Shown: in pieces, positions 52,228 to 64,000 of the stretch
Position numbering within the stretch: position 1 is the first letter of the stretch
How the letters are laid out: the number at the start of each line of letters is the position of its first letter
NCBI RefSeq assembly: GCF_002113885.1
Contig: NW_018408906.1
Span: 124,001 to 188,000, forward strand
Direction of reading: 5' to 3'
Source of the DNA: Mizuhopecten yessoensis
Lineage: Eukaryota
DNA length: 64,000 bases
The notes under the pieces: generated by a model
Database searches by the model: none
What the model saw: the letters and a program-made list of their open reading frames with translations, nothing else
Told to the model about the DNA's origin: nothing
Made by a program: the position numbers and the translations under genes

Positions 52228-55200
52228 GTTTTACTTAGACAGTGAAGTTTGGTTGAATTATAAGGAGTTTGTGATTTGTGATAGACACAGAAAAGTTTGT
52301 AAAAAGATCCGTATTGTTTTCTTTGGTTTTAATAATGTTTGTGATTTCGTTAAAGTATCGGCATTGACTTAAATCAATACCACTGCAATAAATAAAATAT
52401 GCTGGATTTGTTAAGAAAATATGAAAGAAGAATTAGTAAGAGAGTTTTTAAATGAGGAGAGGAATCCTTGAGTCATTATATTGTTTTGTAATACGTACAG
52501 GCTATTTTCTCCAGTAACAGGGGATAGAAGATGGTTTAGGTAATTTATCAAGTTATTCATCTTGTTATTTCCTTATCCTCGTTTCTTTTGATTGTAAAAT
52601 GATTCTAGACCCTTTTCATAACATATTAAACCATAATGGAATTAATCACACTAAAATATAGGTAGCTTCTAATTAGGCCTTCACTTACACCTCTGCCTCT
52701 TTAAATTAAAAAAAAACAGTCTTCTGTAATTTAGTATCTTTATAATAAATTATTTGCACCATATTATTCATATGACGAGTCTGTCCAATCAATTAAAGAG
52801 CTTAGATCTTCAAAACTGTGAACATTTGGTCCTATCAGGAATGGCTGAATTTACCCCGGATACCAAATTTCCCCGATCGACCTTAGCTTTCGTGAAATTA
52901 ACAACAACGACTGTTTTAGATCTTCAAAATTCACGCTGAACATTTCCACAAGGTCCAAAATGTCACAGATGACTGAATTTACATTAACGTTTTGTGTTAC
53001 TTTAAATAGAATTTCAATAATCGTAACCAATACAATTAAGCAGGCCATAACACATTCTTATGTTTTTCAGAATTAGGATTTATCTCCCTTGGGACGTTGT
53101 GCGGTGTTGCCAATATCTATTTCGGATTTTCTGTGTATATATTTACAATTAAGTAGCTTGATTGACGGCTTCGCTGGATTAGGTTATTAATTAAGTGAAC
53201 TGTTGAGGTTATCGTGGTCTTTAAGGAGGTCTGTGTAAATGATGTCTCGGCACGCTCGCTTTAATTCTGAAATCATACGACAGACATTTACGTAATATAT
53301 CACAAAAGACGTCTAAGGGCGATTAAGGTACATTATTAAGTATGTACTATAGATATATACCACCTACCGTTCCTATTACCATCACCTTACATAATATATA
53401 GGCATGCAGTATTTGACGAAGAATGATGTTGCGCTATCGAGCCATTAAATGTTTCTTTTAAAAGCAGATAATGGAAGTATTTATAAACGCGAAACTGGAA
53501 ACTGGATCACAGGGACCTGCGGATTTGTTACAGCTATCTTTGGATCTAAACTAAGCTGTTCAGAGTAATGTTACTCGTTTTAGGGGTTTAGATCAACTTT
53601 CGGTAAAAATGCCAACTGAATGTTAATAAATATGGTGGCATGGTTGACTGCCTGTGACCGAATAGAGCGCCCGAACGTCCCAGGTTCTAATCCCTCTCTT
53701 GTCCCGGGACATTTTCCCTTTCATGTCAAAGTGGGATTGAAAATGGCTACCAACGGTTCAGACATTGTTCATGTGGGCGTGTTAGAGATCCCCACCCCAT
53801 AATCCGTATATTTTAAATGTTAAATAATACGTTATGTAAGGACCGTAACCAACCCACGGCCCGTGTATGTATACAATATATGTCTAGTAGATATATATAG
53901 ACCTTGAGGTGGGGATCTGAGCTAGGTCCCTGTGAAATCTTAACTTTTCAAATGTGTGTTGTTGTTTTTTTGCTGTTCGATCTCTGGTTAACCGATAACA
54001 CAGACTGTACGACTTGGCAATCAGATTTTCTCCCGATTCTTTTTCAATTCTGAACTAACTGACATTTAAGAAACACAAGTTACTTTTAAAACAAACACAA
54101 TTACACTTTTCCTAGCGCTACAAATCACGTGATCCTGAGGAAACGTCAGCATCCTGATTCAGTGTAGCTATAACAGACAATTTTTTAATTCGGGGGGGGN
54201 ATCTTGTACTGTTTGTGATAAAAAAAATATAGCTGTCACGCAAATAACACAAAAATATAAATTAAAAAGGCGATATTGATGAATAAAACATATATAAAAA
54301 GAAAATTCAATTTCAGACACGTGCAGATTCACGTCATTGTTTTATTGGTTTCGAACATTCCGGTTTTACCATTGTCCTGACATTTATGTAGGAAAAGACA
54401 TTCTTTAATCCACTTGAAGTTCCTTGGCCTCAATTTACTAAACAAAAGCATCTGTATGTTTAGCTTTTAAGGGATATAGCTCCTATGATAATTATGGTAA
54501 TCCCTTTAATCGTCGAATTACAATTACCTAATGCGTCAATACCATGTGTATATACAACAGTTAATGGACGACTACAGACATTTTGGGGCACTTATAGCAA
54601 ACTCATGTTACATGTAAAACGTATGGACAAGTTTGTAAACTGTGAAAAACCCCAAGAACTTTTGTCGCTTCTAAAAGTCAGCGCTCGTCAGAAACTCCAG
54701 ATCCGCTATATACAATTCTGTTTTACAAAATATATAGCTACGATAACCTTTCCAGCAGAGACGTTACATACCTATATAATCATTCAATTAGGTATCAATA
54801 TTCATAAGTTTGTTCCGGGTCGATTGCAGAGTCGGTTCCGGTGAATAGAACGATCGCTATCGGACTGAACAATGAAGGTACAATAGAGGCATTCTGTATT
54901 GTGTAGTGCTGGAAGTCCAACCCATAAAGTCAGGGATGCACTATAGCCAAGGGGCTATGACGCAGTGGTTTGGCTGTTAGTGTTTTACACGAGTTTAACA
55001 ACCAGTATTGATACCATAGAAGGCATCCATGCGCGGAGAACAGATAATCTGGTGTTGTTTGAAGAGAAAAAAGGACCAAGGCAGATCCAGCAGATACTGT
55101 ATAATTGATAAGTTTAAACCTATATATTTCATGCAGGGTGTTGACAGGTTCTATGTTCACATTGACTCTTTCCAGACTGGAGAACGGAACGAACCAAGCA

Positions 55201-55505
55201 CCAACCATGCCTTGTGGTGTAGCACCAGTAAAGGAGAATGTTCTGAATTTCAACTCCCGGGACTAGCTCAACAGTCATGACGCCACGGAAACCATCACAT
55301 GTACTGTTGAAAGTGTGAATCATATGTGTCTCTGTAAATTGTTTTTAGTTCGTTAGCTTTGAATTCAGGAAATCCCAGTCGTGTTCATTTTTTTCAATAC
55401 TTAAGACATGGACGGCACTAATACTTCATACTAAAGGTGAGAGTTCTTCTGTCTTGAAAAGGACACAAATTCGTTTTAAGTTAACTGATTGTGTGTGGTT
55501 GTAAG

Positions 55506-56798
55506 ATGGAAATTATGACGCCTCTCGACTCAGGTGGAGGCGATTTGTCTCAACAGTTTGATATTTCTGCCGATGGATTTTCCTACATTCAAGGAGCGGA
55601 TACCAAAAACATTAAAATCAAACAATACTTATGTGTGAGGGATTCCTTACCGAAGACGGCCCTTTCTCATGTGATTCTAAACGAAAACATGAGTCAGGAC
55701 CGACAACTGGAGCGAACCATGAGTGACCTGACTCTCCGACAGCTCAAGCAATCCAACGCCAACGATTTAACACAGAGAACGTTCGTTGCTGTGCAAGACC
55801 GGAAGCAAAAGAAATGGAAAAGAGATGACGAAACACGCTTGTCAAATATGAATTTCCCGATGTTTTCTGTTCCCGAAGAGAGACGTCCAAAAGAAATGGA
55901 TGTTGTTTACCGACTTCCGGATTATCGAGTGAAAACGAGTAGAGGACCGCGACTGAAGTCTGCATCCGCCGGAATCGGAAATGGATTTGGAACAGGCACC
56001 GGAAACGGAAACGGAAACGGAACTGGGTCAGGATATAATATTACCACTTCTACGCCAAGGCAAGTGAAAATGCCTTTCGGGATTAGCAAAGAAACAACCG
56101 AAATTATAACGCACAATGACAAAACGTTCATGAACAAATTACCTGAAGTTGAAGTCATAGATCATGACGCACTGAAACATTACGACACCTACCGAGGCAA
56201 GACCATGTTGGAATCAGGAACTCCATCTCAAGATATGCGATTCAAGCGTTTGGAAAACCTTCTTAATCCAGTATTCCTAAAACAGTCTGACCAATATAAT
56301 GAGCAAAATGTTAAGTCTAAAAGCCGGCTTTCTAAATATTCCGGTATGGCTTTGGAAGATAGGGAAAGAGTGGATGACGAAAAGCATCCGGGTGATCAAT
56401 TTTTTGCGGAAAATAGTTTTGTGGCGCCCTCTATTGCACCTTCAATAGACCAGTCCGCAGTAGCGTCGATGTCAGGAGATTTTGCTCAAACCGTGTGTCT
56501 TTCAGCCCCTCCATCGGTAGCACAGGCGCCGCCGAGTAGAGTAAACGACCAGGCATGGATGATTACTAGATTAAACACAGTGCCCGATTTTAAAGCAAAA
56601 CCAGCGTCTTCACGTAGTAGGCTTGCTCAAGATCAGAAAATGGAAAATGCCAAGAAACGTGTGAAAAGAAGTGTAGAAATTTTGGAATCATTTAGAAATG
56701 GCGATGTCAACAAACTCGCGAAAACTCTCGCTCGCGAAAAGAAAAAACGAGAAGAACAAAAAAAAGCCACCATTGAATCGTGCAATAAGCCGCCGTAG
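55506..56798 (+). CDS. Uncharacterised intronless protein, about 430 aa, with GN/GT tract and basic, probably coiled-coil C-terminus
   Basis: Long non-repetitive ORF. The ORF track starts it at GTG 55491; the first ATG is 55506 (AAGATGG context). Coding-like composition, with GNGFGTGTGNGNGNG and a K/R/E-rich tail. Confidence 0.75.
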   Translation: MEIMTPLDSGGGDLSQQFDISADGFSYIQGADTKNIKIKQYLCVRDSLPKTALSHVILNENMSQDRQLERTMSDLTLRQLKQSNANDLTQRTFVAVQDRKQKKWKRDDETRLSNMNFPMFSVPEERRPKEMDVVYRLPDYRVKTSRGPRLKSASAGIGNGFGTGTGNGNGNGTGSGYNITTSTPRQVKMPFGISKETTEIITHNDKTFMNKLPEVEVIDHDALKHYDTYRGKTMLESGTPSQDMRFKRLENLLNPVFLKQSDQYNEQNVKSKSRLSKYSGMALEDRERVDDEKHPGDQFFAENSFVAPSIAPSIDQSAVASMSGDFAQTVCLSAPPSVAQAPPSRVNDQAWMITRLNTVPDFKAKPASSRSRLAQDQKMENAKKRVKRSVEILESFRNGDVNKLAKTLAREKKKREEQKKATIESCNKPP

Positions 56799-56985
56799 TA
56801 TTAAAATGTACATATAATAGGCATAAGAAATGCTGCTCTATGGGCGACAAAGATGATGATGTTGTTTTATTGTCTAGACGTGTCCATAATTCGTACAATT
56901 TATGTTCAACGTGATCCTTTGTATTTAAAAAAAAAAAAGCCACTGACGGCGAGGAGCCATCCTCTTCATGTCATGGTGCTGTTCT

Positions 56986-57069
56986 GTTGCCATGGAGACT
57001 ACGTTTCTTGTTTGCATGGAGACCACTTTTTCGCTGCCATGGCGACTACTTGCTCGTTGCCATCGAGAC
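56986..57069. promoter_or_regulatory. Cluster of four RFX X-box-like motifs
   Basis: GTTGCCATGGAGAC (56986), GTTTGCATGGAGAC (57010), GCTGCCATGGCGAC (57033), GTTGCCATCGAGAC (57056). ETS-like ACCGGAAGT near 57155. Confidence 0.5.
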
Positions 57070-59078
57070 TACATTCTCTTGAATTTACAGTTTCGAAGGG
57101 ATTTATCTGTTGTTTCGTATAAACTTTATCCGAATCGGATATCTTTGGGAATTACCGGAAGTTTTCCCCGTGCCTGCCGGAAAGGCACGAGTGTTATTTC
57201 CTATCAATAACTTCCTCCCTTAATAGACGATTGTTTGTGGTATTTTTACAGTGTGTATTTTCATTTGAAATATCATATAGTACCATTTACGATAATCGAG
57301 AATATTTTAAAGTATTTTTTATACACCTTAGATTAGGGTCATATATTAAATACAAATGGCCCCTATGTATCATAATAACATATACTGGTACATACAGATC
57401 GTAGGGTGGGGTTATGTGTCACGCCCTGTATATGACTACGAAGTTTAAACGACAGTCGACGCCCCCCCNGTATATATTAACAAATTTTTTAACTGATATT
57501 ACCAAAATGTTTAATATTGTAACACCAGGGATTATGTTTCATAAATGTAGTAGACGGATGTAATTTTCATAATGTAATTTAGTCACAGTGCTATACACCC
57601 CACCACATCTAAAACGGGTGTCTGGTGTCGGAAGCCAGCTAAAAAGGATCGACCCGCCGGTTTATGTGTTGGAAAGGCAGCTTACCCGAACAAAAGCTTC
57701 CTCAACTTAACCATCTTATAAATAAAATTTATAAATCTTCTTTTTCTCTCTGTCCAAATCATCCAATATAACCAATGATATGCTTCCTTTCCTTTTGTAA
57801 TTTATTTAATCATTTGATATGTGAAATAAGTTGAACCAGTTAAATATTTGCGCGAAGCTAACCAGGCTTTTAACACGTAAAGCCCAGATATGTATTGGAT
57901 TTTATCTCCATATTCATAATGCAGTACAATTATATTTACGGTTAAGGTATTGACGATACAGGGAAACTCCTGGTCACCTGTACACGGTATTCATTAGGGG
58001 CATACACGGATCATAGCTCTTTAACTTCATTATTAAAAGTGATAATTAATACCCTTATCCCACAGGGGTAATTACAACGAAGGTATTAACAAAATAATGA
58101 GAAGGTAATTTTATTATTATTTTGTTATTATTAATATCCCCCTCCTCATAACCATCTTCAACAAAATATAAACACACCGCATCACCAGAAAAAATTCTCG
58201 CCATAACCGAAAACATGTTTTTCATTAGAAGATTTGCTAATGGATCTACCCAAACGTGACAAATCAATCTTTATAGCGTTTGTTTTAAAGTAAAAAGTAG
58301 GACAATCTTCAACCAGAAATACTTGTGTAGAAAATGGGGTATCTCTTTAGGTCAAACACTGATTCCGGATAATTGAGTTCTGGATATTAGACGTCCTGGT
58401 GATCGATTAACCGGATTCCGGATAGTTGAGTTCCATAAAGAGACGCCCGGTTTTTTGATTAACCGGACTACGGATAATCGACGTTCAACTGTACTATTGC
58501 TAACCTCCATTCGTCGTTTTTGCTATTTCGAAAGTCTGAGTTTCCTTAAGACATAAATATACCTTGATGATCGTTACCATAAATGGTTTTTTTTATACAT
58601 TATGATAAATATCATTTCTTATTTGTTTTTTTCGGTTCGCACCTTTAAAATAATTTGAGGCTAACGATATAAATGTATATAAAGAACGTTTCTTTAAAAC
58701 AATCAATTTGTCAAAATTAAAATCCTGCTGCATTGATGCTGGTAGTCTTAATCTTTCGATACTAGTGTCTTTGGCCCGAAATCCCAGTACTGAGGGTCGG
58801 AGAAAATCTTGGATTCCAAGTATATATAAACCATAACTTTAAAAAGTCTCCTAAGGTAAACATGCTTTATTTTTTGTTCATAGAAAAGTTACTCATTGAA
58901 AATTTCTAAGTATGTGTTTTATATTATAAGTATACTATATGCTTTGTTCCAAGTTTTGAAGAAGCAAATTTGCCAAAGTTTTCAATTTAAAGAAATAATG
59001 TATTTAGCCCTATATCACCATATGTAGAGGAATTTAAAACGAGAGATCGTTCGGATATTCTATAATTACAATATATAC

Positions 59079-59080
59079 TT

Positions 59081-59111
<31 letters not shown>
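59079..59111. repeat. (TTG)n microsatellite
   Basis: Directly visible. Confidence 0.95.
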
Positions 59112-60960
59112 GTTGATAATATATTTTTGTTTGTTGTTAACCTTTATTCTGTGTTGCACGTGCGGCTGTTGACTGATGTCTGAAATATTACCTAATCGAG
59201 GAGACATGTATCGAGGTTCTGATATAACAAAACAAAAAAAAAAGCGTTGAGATAGCAGAATAAGAAGTTTTTTATTTTTTTTTTTTATTTTTTCTTATTC
59301 ATTTACATATTTATTGTTTCATCATCGAAACTCAGTTGCCTGTGATTACAAGCGACATTGGGTTCGTAGTAAAATCTACGACTTGATTGATAGTTTTTTG
59401 CTAGTATTTCGAATTAAAATAAGATCGAATTGAAATCAATCAGACCGGCGCCTATCTGTTGAAAGTTTACAGATATCATGAATGTTGTGAAATTTAAACT
59501 AAATCAACTTTTGAATATAAGAAAAATATAATAATGCTTGTATTTCTTGTTTTGAATTTTAGTCGGTAAAAAAGAGTTGACGAAAAATGAGTTTGCGATC
59601 CATTAAGCAAACAATACAATACTGAAAAATTGAACACAGACAATTGCTAGTATGCATTTTCTGTGAAGATATTCTTGTTGTTTTAAACACGCTATTTGCT
59701 CATCCGATTGTTTATAATCAGAAACATTTTACAAATTTAACAAGACGCTGGAAGGATCTTGTTTTGTATACATGCTTGTAAACAAAAGAAATGTCTATTG
59801 TAGGCGACCTATATCCATTGTTTACATAAGAACAATCCACATGTTATTGTGGGTTTTTATTTCAGATTATTAATTATCAAATGGTATATATGGCGTGCGT
59901 CAATATTGTTTTGTTGATCAATACATATTTATAATTAAACTAACCTTGACAAATGCCCTTGATTATTTTTTGTATGTATCAATTACGTTTAAAAGTACAT
60001 TTCGTGTAAGCTCCTTAGCATTCGAACGAGACGGACGCATACTACCCGATACTAATCTGTTGTACTCAAGGGCTTTGTTCATTACTGAATATAACGGGAC
60101 CATTAATACTGGTAATTCCTAACTATCTTGACTCCCAATAGCGATTGAACTTTCCTATAAGTCAAGCCATTCATGATATTTCCGTATTAGTATGTCTGCT
60201 CTCATAGATTACTTTAGTTTCCTGTTAATGTCATTTATTTCTCTAGAATTCTTCATAAAAAGACCTTCCCGTAGTTCCCCGTGTACTTTCCCTATTAGCA
60301 TCACCAGTTTGGCCTATTTTTGGAAACGTTCGCTCTCTCGAGTCTCTCAGTAAGGTGAGATTTCCCTTCATGCGTGGTCAGTTTCATGGGATATCCCAGT
60401 GTGGTTAATTTCATGGGATATCCCAGTGTGGTCAATTTCATGGAATAACTTTAATAGTATATCTTTAGTGAATTTTCCGGATAGTTGGGTTACAGTATTT
60501 CTAGGGATTTCCATTTAAAAAAATGTTATTTTGGGATTTCCTCTTGAAGAAGTCCCCTGTGTAATCGTAGAAATTCCACTGAATGTAATAGTCCCAACTT
60601 CATGACAAATTGGGACAGAGTGGACCACGCACCCTTTTGTCCCGGTACGATACATCATGGTTGCGTAAACATATTACGTTGCCAATACAAGTTCTATATT
60701 TATATCGGAAAGATTCCAGGGATCACGTGCTTAAAGGTAAAATGTCATAGGAATGTCTATACTTATGAACCTGTGCAAAATTTGTCTTTGTATTGAAGAC
60801 CCTGAGACAAGTTATTCATTGATGGATGTCAAAAACAAGACTTGCTTTAAATTATATCATTCTGTCAAACGAAAATGACACAGATTTGAAAATAAGCGAT
60901 AGGATTTTCGAATGTTTTACATGGAAACGCGAATATCGAACGTACCCAATGTACATTTCA

Positions 60961-62199
60961 CCTCGTAACACTGCCACCATTGTCCAGACAGAGGTTACAG
61001 AAAACCCCGTTACACTGCCACCATTGTCCAGTCAGAGATTACAGTAAACCCCGTTACACTGCCTGCATTGTCCAGTCAGAGATGACAGTAAACCTCGTTA
61101 CACTGCCACCATTGTCTAAACAGAGATTACAGTAAACCTCGTTACACTGCCAACATTGTCCAAACAGAGATTACAGTAAACCTCGTTACACTGCCACCAT
61201 TGTCCAGCCAGAGATTACAGTAAACCTCGTTACACTGCCACCATTGTCCAGCCAGAGATTACAGTAAACCTAGTTACACTGCCACCAGTGTTTAGCCAGA
61301 TATTACAGTAAACCCCGTTACACTGCCACCATTGTCCGGCCAGAGATTACAGTAAACCTCGTTACACTGCCACCATTGTCCAGTCAGAGATGACAGTAAA
61401 CCTCGTTACACTGCCACCATTGTCCAGTCAGAGATGACAGTAAACCTCGTTACACTGCCACCATTGGCTAGCCAGATATTACAGTAAACCCCGTTACACT
61501 GCCACCATTGTCCGGCCAGAGATTACAGTAAACCTCGTTACACTGCCACCATTGTCCAGTCAGAGATGACAGTAAACCTCGTTACACTGCCACCATTGGC
61601 TAGCCAGATATTACAGTAAACCCCGTTACACTGCCACCATTGTCCAGCCAGAGATGACAGTAAAACTCGTTACACTGCCACCATTGTCTAGCCAGATATT
61701 ACGGGAAGGCCCGTTACACTGCCACCATTGTCCAGCCAGAGATGACAGTAAACCTCGTTACACTGCCACCATTGTCCAGCCAGATATTACAGTAAACCCC
61801 GTTACCCTGCCACCATTGTCCAGCCAGAGATTACAGTAACCCTCGTTACACTGCCACCATTGTTTAGCCAGATATTACAGTAAACCCCGTTACCCTGCCA
61901 CCATTGTCCAGCCAGAGATTACAGTAAACCTCGTTACACTGCCACCATTGTCCAGACAGAGATGACAGTAAACCTCGTTACACTGCCACCATTGTCTAGC
62001 CAGATATTACGGGAAGGCCCGTTACACTGCCACCATTGTCCAGCCAGAGATGACAGTAAACCTGGTTACACTGTCACCATTGTCCAGCCTGATATTTTGG
62101 CGCTGTAAAAGAGGAATGTTAAGAAAAAGGGAAAATGGTGACTTTGAAATATGCTGATAGTAAATGAAACAAGGGTCATTATATCGAGGTTTTGCTGTA
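60961..62199 (+). repeat. 44-bp minisatellite (about 25 copies) ending in a MITE body
   Basis: Unit GAGATTACAGTAAACCTCGTTACACTGCCACCATTGTCCAGCCA. The last unit runs into unique sequence that ends ...ATCGAGGTTTTGCTGTA, the inverted complement of TACAGTAAACCTCG. Confidence 0.9.
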
Positions 62200-64000
62200 C
62201 CTAAATCACACTTAGTTTGCTACTGCTGAACGTCAAGCTCTTAAAGTCACTTCTGAACCGTGAGCATCCTTTGTGTCAGCCGCACCACTAACGAAAAAAT
62301 CTTCCATACTTCGCACAGACCGGTTTGCTTGCCGGGAAAATAATTTCTCTTTCATGGAAAGTGCCGACGGTCCCCGATTGTTCGAAAGTATAAAAGAGCG
62401 CAGCCTATGGTACTAAGACAGGTAATCCAGTCTCTATATATTTTCGAAGTAAAGCCCGTCGGAGAGTAAAGCACGAACGGCAATCAAGTTCAGGTTTTAC
62501 ATAGCCACATACTGTTCGTTATTACGTCAGAAAACAAGGTTTTATGATTCTCGCACTAGGCCACAAAATTGGCCTCACCGTCACGTCTCCTTTGTCCCCT
62601 ATAATGTATTAGATGCCATCACGATATCGAACATGATATTTGATTTCTCTTTTAAGCCATAAACGCTAGATTTTAAGGTTGCAATATCCTTGTTTTAAAA
62701 AGGGATATATATAAACGGGTCGAGCCTGATAAAGATCTAAAAGTGGTTTTATATAACTAATTCACACACGACTTTCTGTTGTTGGCCATACTGCATTGGT
62801 GCACCTGCCAACTATTTAAAACATAGGAACTCAGTCGTTGAGGTTAAAATTTAGTAGGCTTCTTATATGTGTGTGAAGGTAGGCAGCATGAATTTAGAAT
62901 AACGCTACCTGTCTTGCAGATTTTGAAAAACTGTTAAATTATTATCCAAAGTTTATGTCTTTCATTTTCCGCTAGGGTTGTCCCACTTCACTTCAAGAAC
63001 TGCAATAATGTCAAACGGGTCTCTAGGCCGCCGCTCCAAACAGTGTGTCCGGTTGTACCGGGATCGTTCGTTTATGAATTAGGGACGAATCTAGTGGTCA
63101 GATGTTGTTTTCTGGCTGACACCGGTAATACCTTTCAAGGCAGTAACAGGTCCATTCAAAGATACTTTTATTATATTCTTAACGAAACCGAAATCAGACT
63201 CTTAATTGGCTTCTAAAAATTACTCTCGTTTGTGTTTAGCCAATAATTCCGGGGGTTGCTTTTTGGTTAACAAGGGTTCCGGGCATTACAGTTTGTATAT
63301 TGAAATGAATAGTGGTCATATATACATGTATTAGACGCCAAAATGAGGGGAAATTATCACTACGAAAATGAAATAATGTGCACGATTTTACACTATAGAG
63401 CCCGATTTCCGTCGTTTCTAAATAGACTGACCGTAGCCTTGTATTCTACACCATATTAGACCTTACTTTTTCATTCTTCTGACATTTAGAACCACCGGCG
63501 AGTCCTAAGATACGAAATGGCCAGGTGATACAGTAAAATGTTTACTTTACTCGACTTGTGCATCTACAAACGTGATTCTCAAATCGGAGCTTCATAACAA
63601 CTCATTTCAAGTGATTACTGATGATATTAAAACATTTTAGCACATCAACATGTCAGACTCATTGCTTCTGTAATAAGTCGGAGTACTCAGGTATTCTGCA
63701 AATGTTGTTAGCTTGGAAACCACCATTGATATCCGTATAAATATAGTGGTATTGTGTGGTTACCGCTCTCGGTTCATCAATTATACACGATCATATCCTT
63801 CAACGAGAGCGTAACGAAACACCCTGCCAGTGTAGGATGTGCTCAACATCTCCTGGGAGTTTTATTTTATAATTAATCACGATATCTACGCGACATATAT
63901 ATACAAAGAGAACATGTATAACCGCTCGTTTCTGATATTGTTCTAAGCGTTATTTTTGTTTCAATTGTCGAGGAGTCTACACCAAACATGGTAGTTAGGG

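Noticed and set aside
53630-53720. tRNA-like sequence with GGTTCTAATCC
   Set aside because: No cloverleaf can be folded; probably a decayed SINE head.
54200-57469. Two N bases flanking the 430-aa ORF
   Set aside because: Both are in G/C homopolymers, so this is sequencing ambiguity rather than biology.
62976-63124. AG/GT-bounded open stretch (VVPLHFKNC...)
   Set aside because: No partner exons and no recognisable homology.

Overview
AT-rich, intron-rich animal genomic DNA; the repeat families suggest a lophotrochozoan, probably a bivalve mollusc (inference). It holds two head-to-head gene pairs. The first is LIN54 (- strand, 12 inferred coding exons, two CXC domains) with COPS4 (+ strand, 11 coding exons, 409 aa). 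Their shared promoter gap contains a CDE/CHR element, the motif that LIN54 itself binds. The second is a pair of small TMEM243-like paralogues that the ORF track does not resolve. They have three hydrophobic segments each, start codons only 174 bp apart and three shared intron positions. Further right are two intronless orphan ORFs (304 and about 430 aa), a cluster of four RFX X-box-like motifs, a decayed RTE-clade LINE and tRNA-derived SINEs. MITEs, Helentron-like non-autonomous elements and 37-44 bp minisatellites occur throughout, and two of the minisatellites are visibly seeded from transposon ends. The long repetitive ORFs at 19.4-22.7 kb are satellite artefacts. All gene models were spliced by hand, and homologies are from memory, not from a search.
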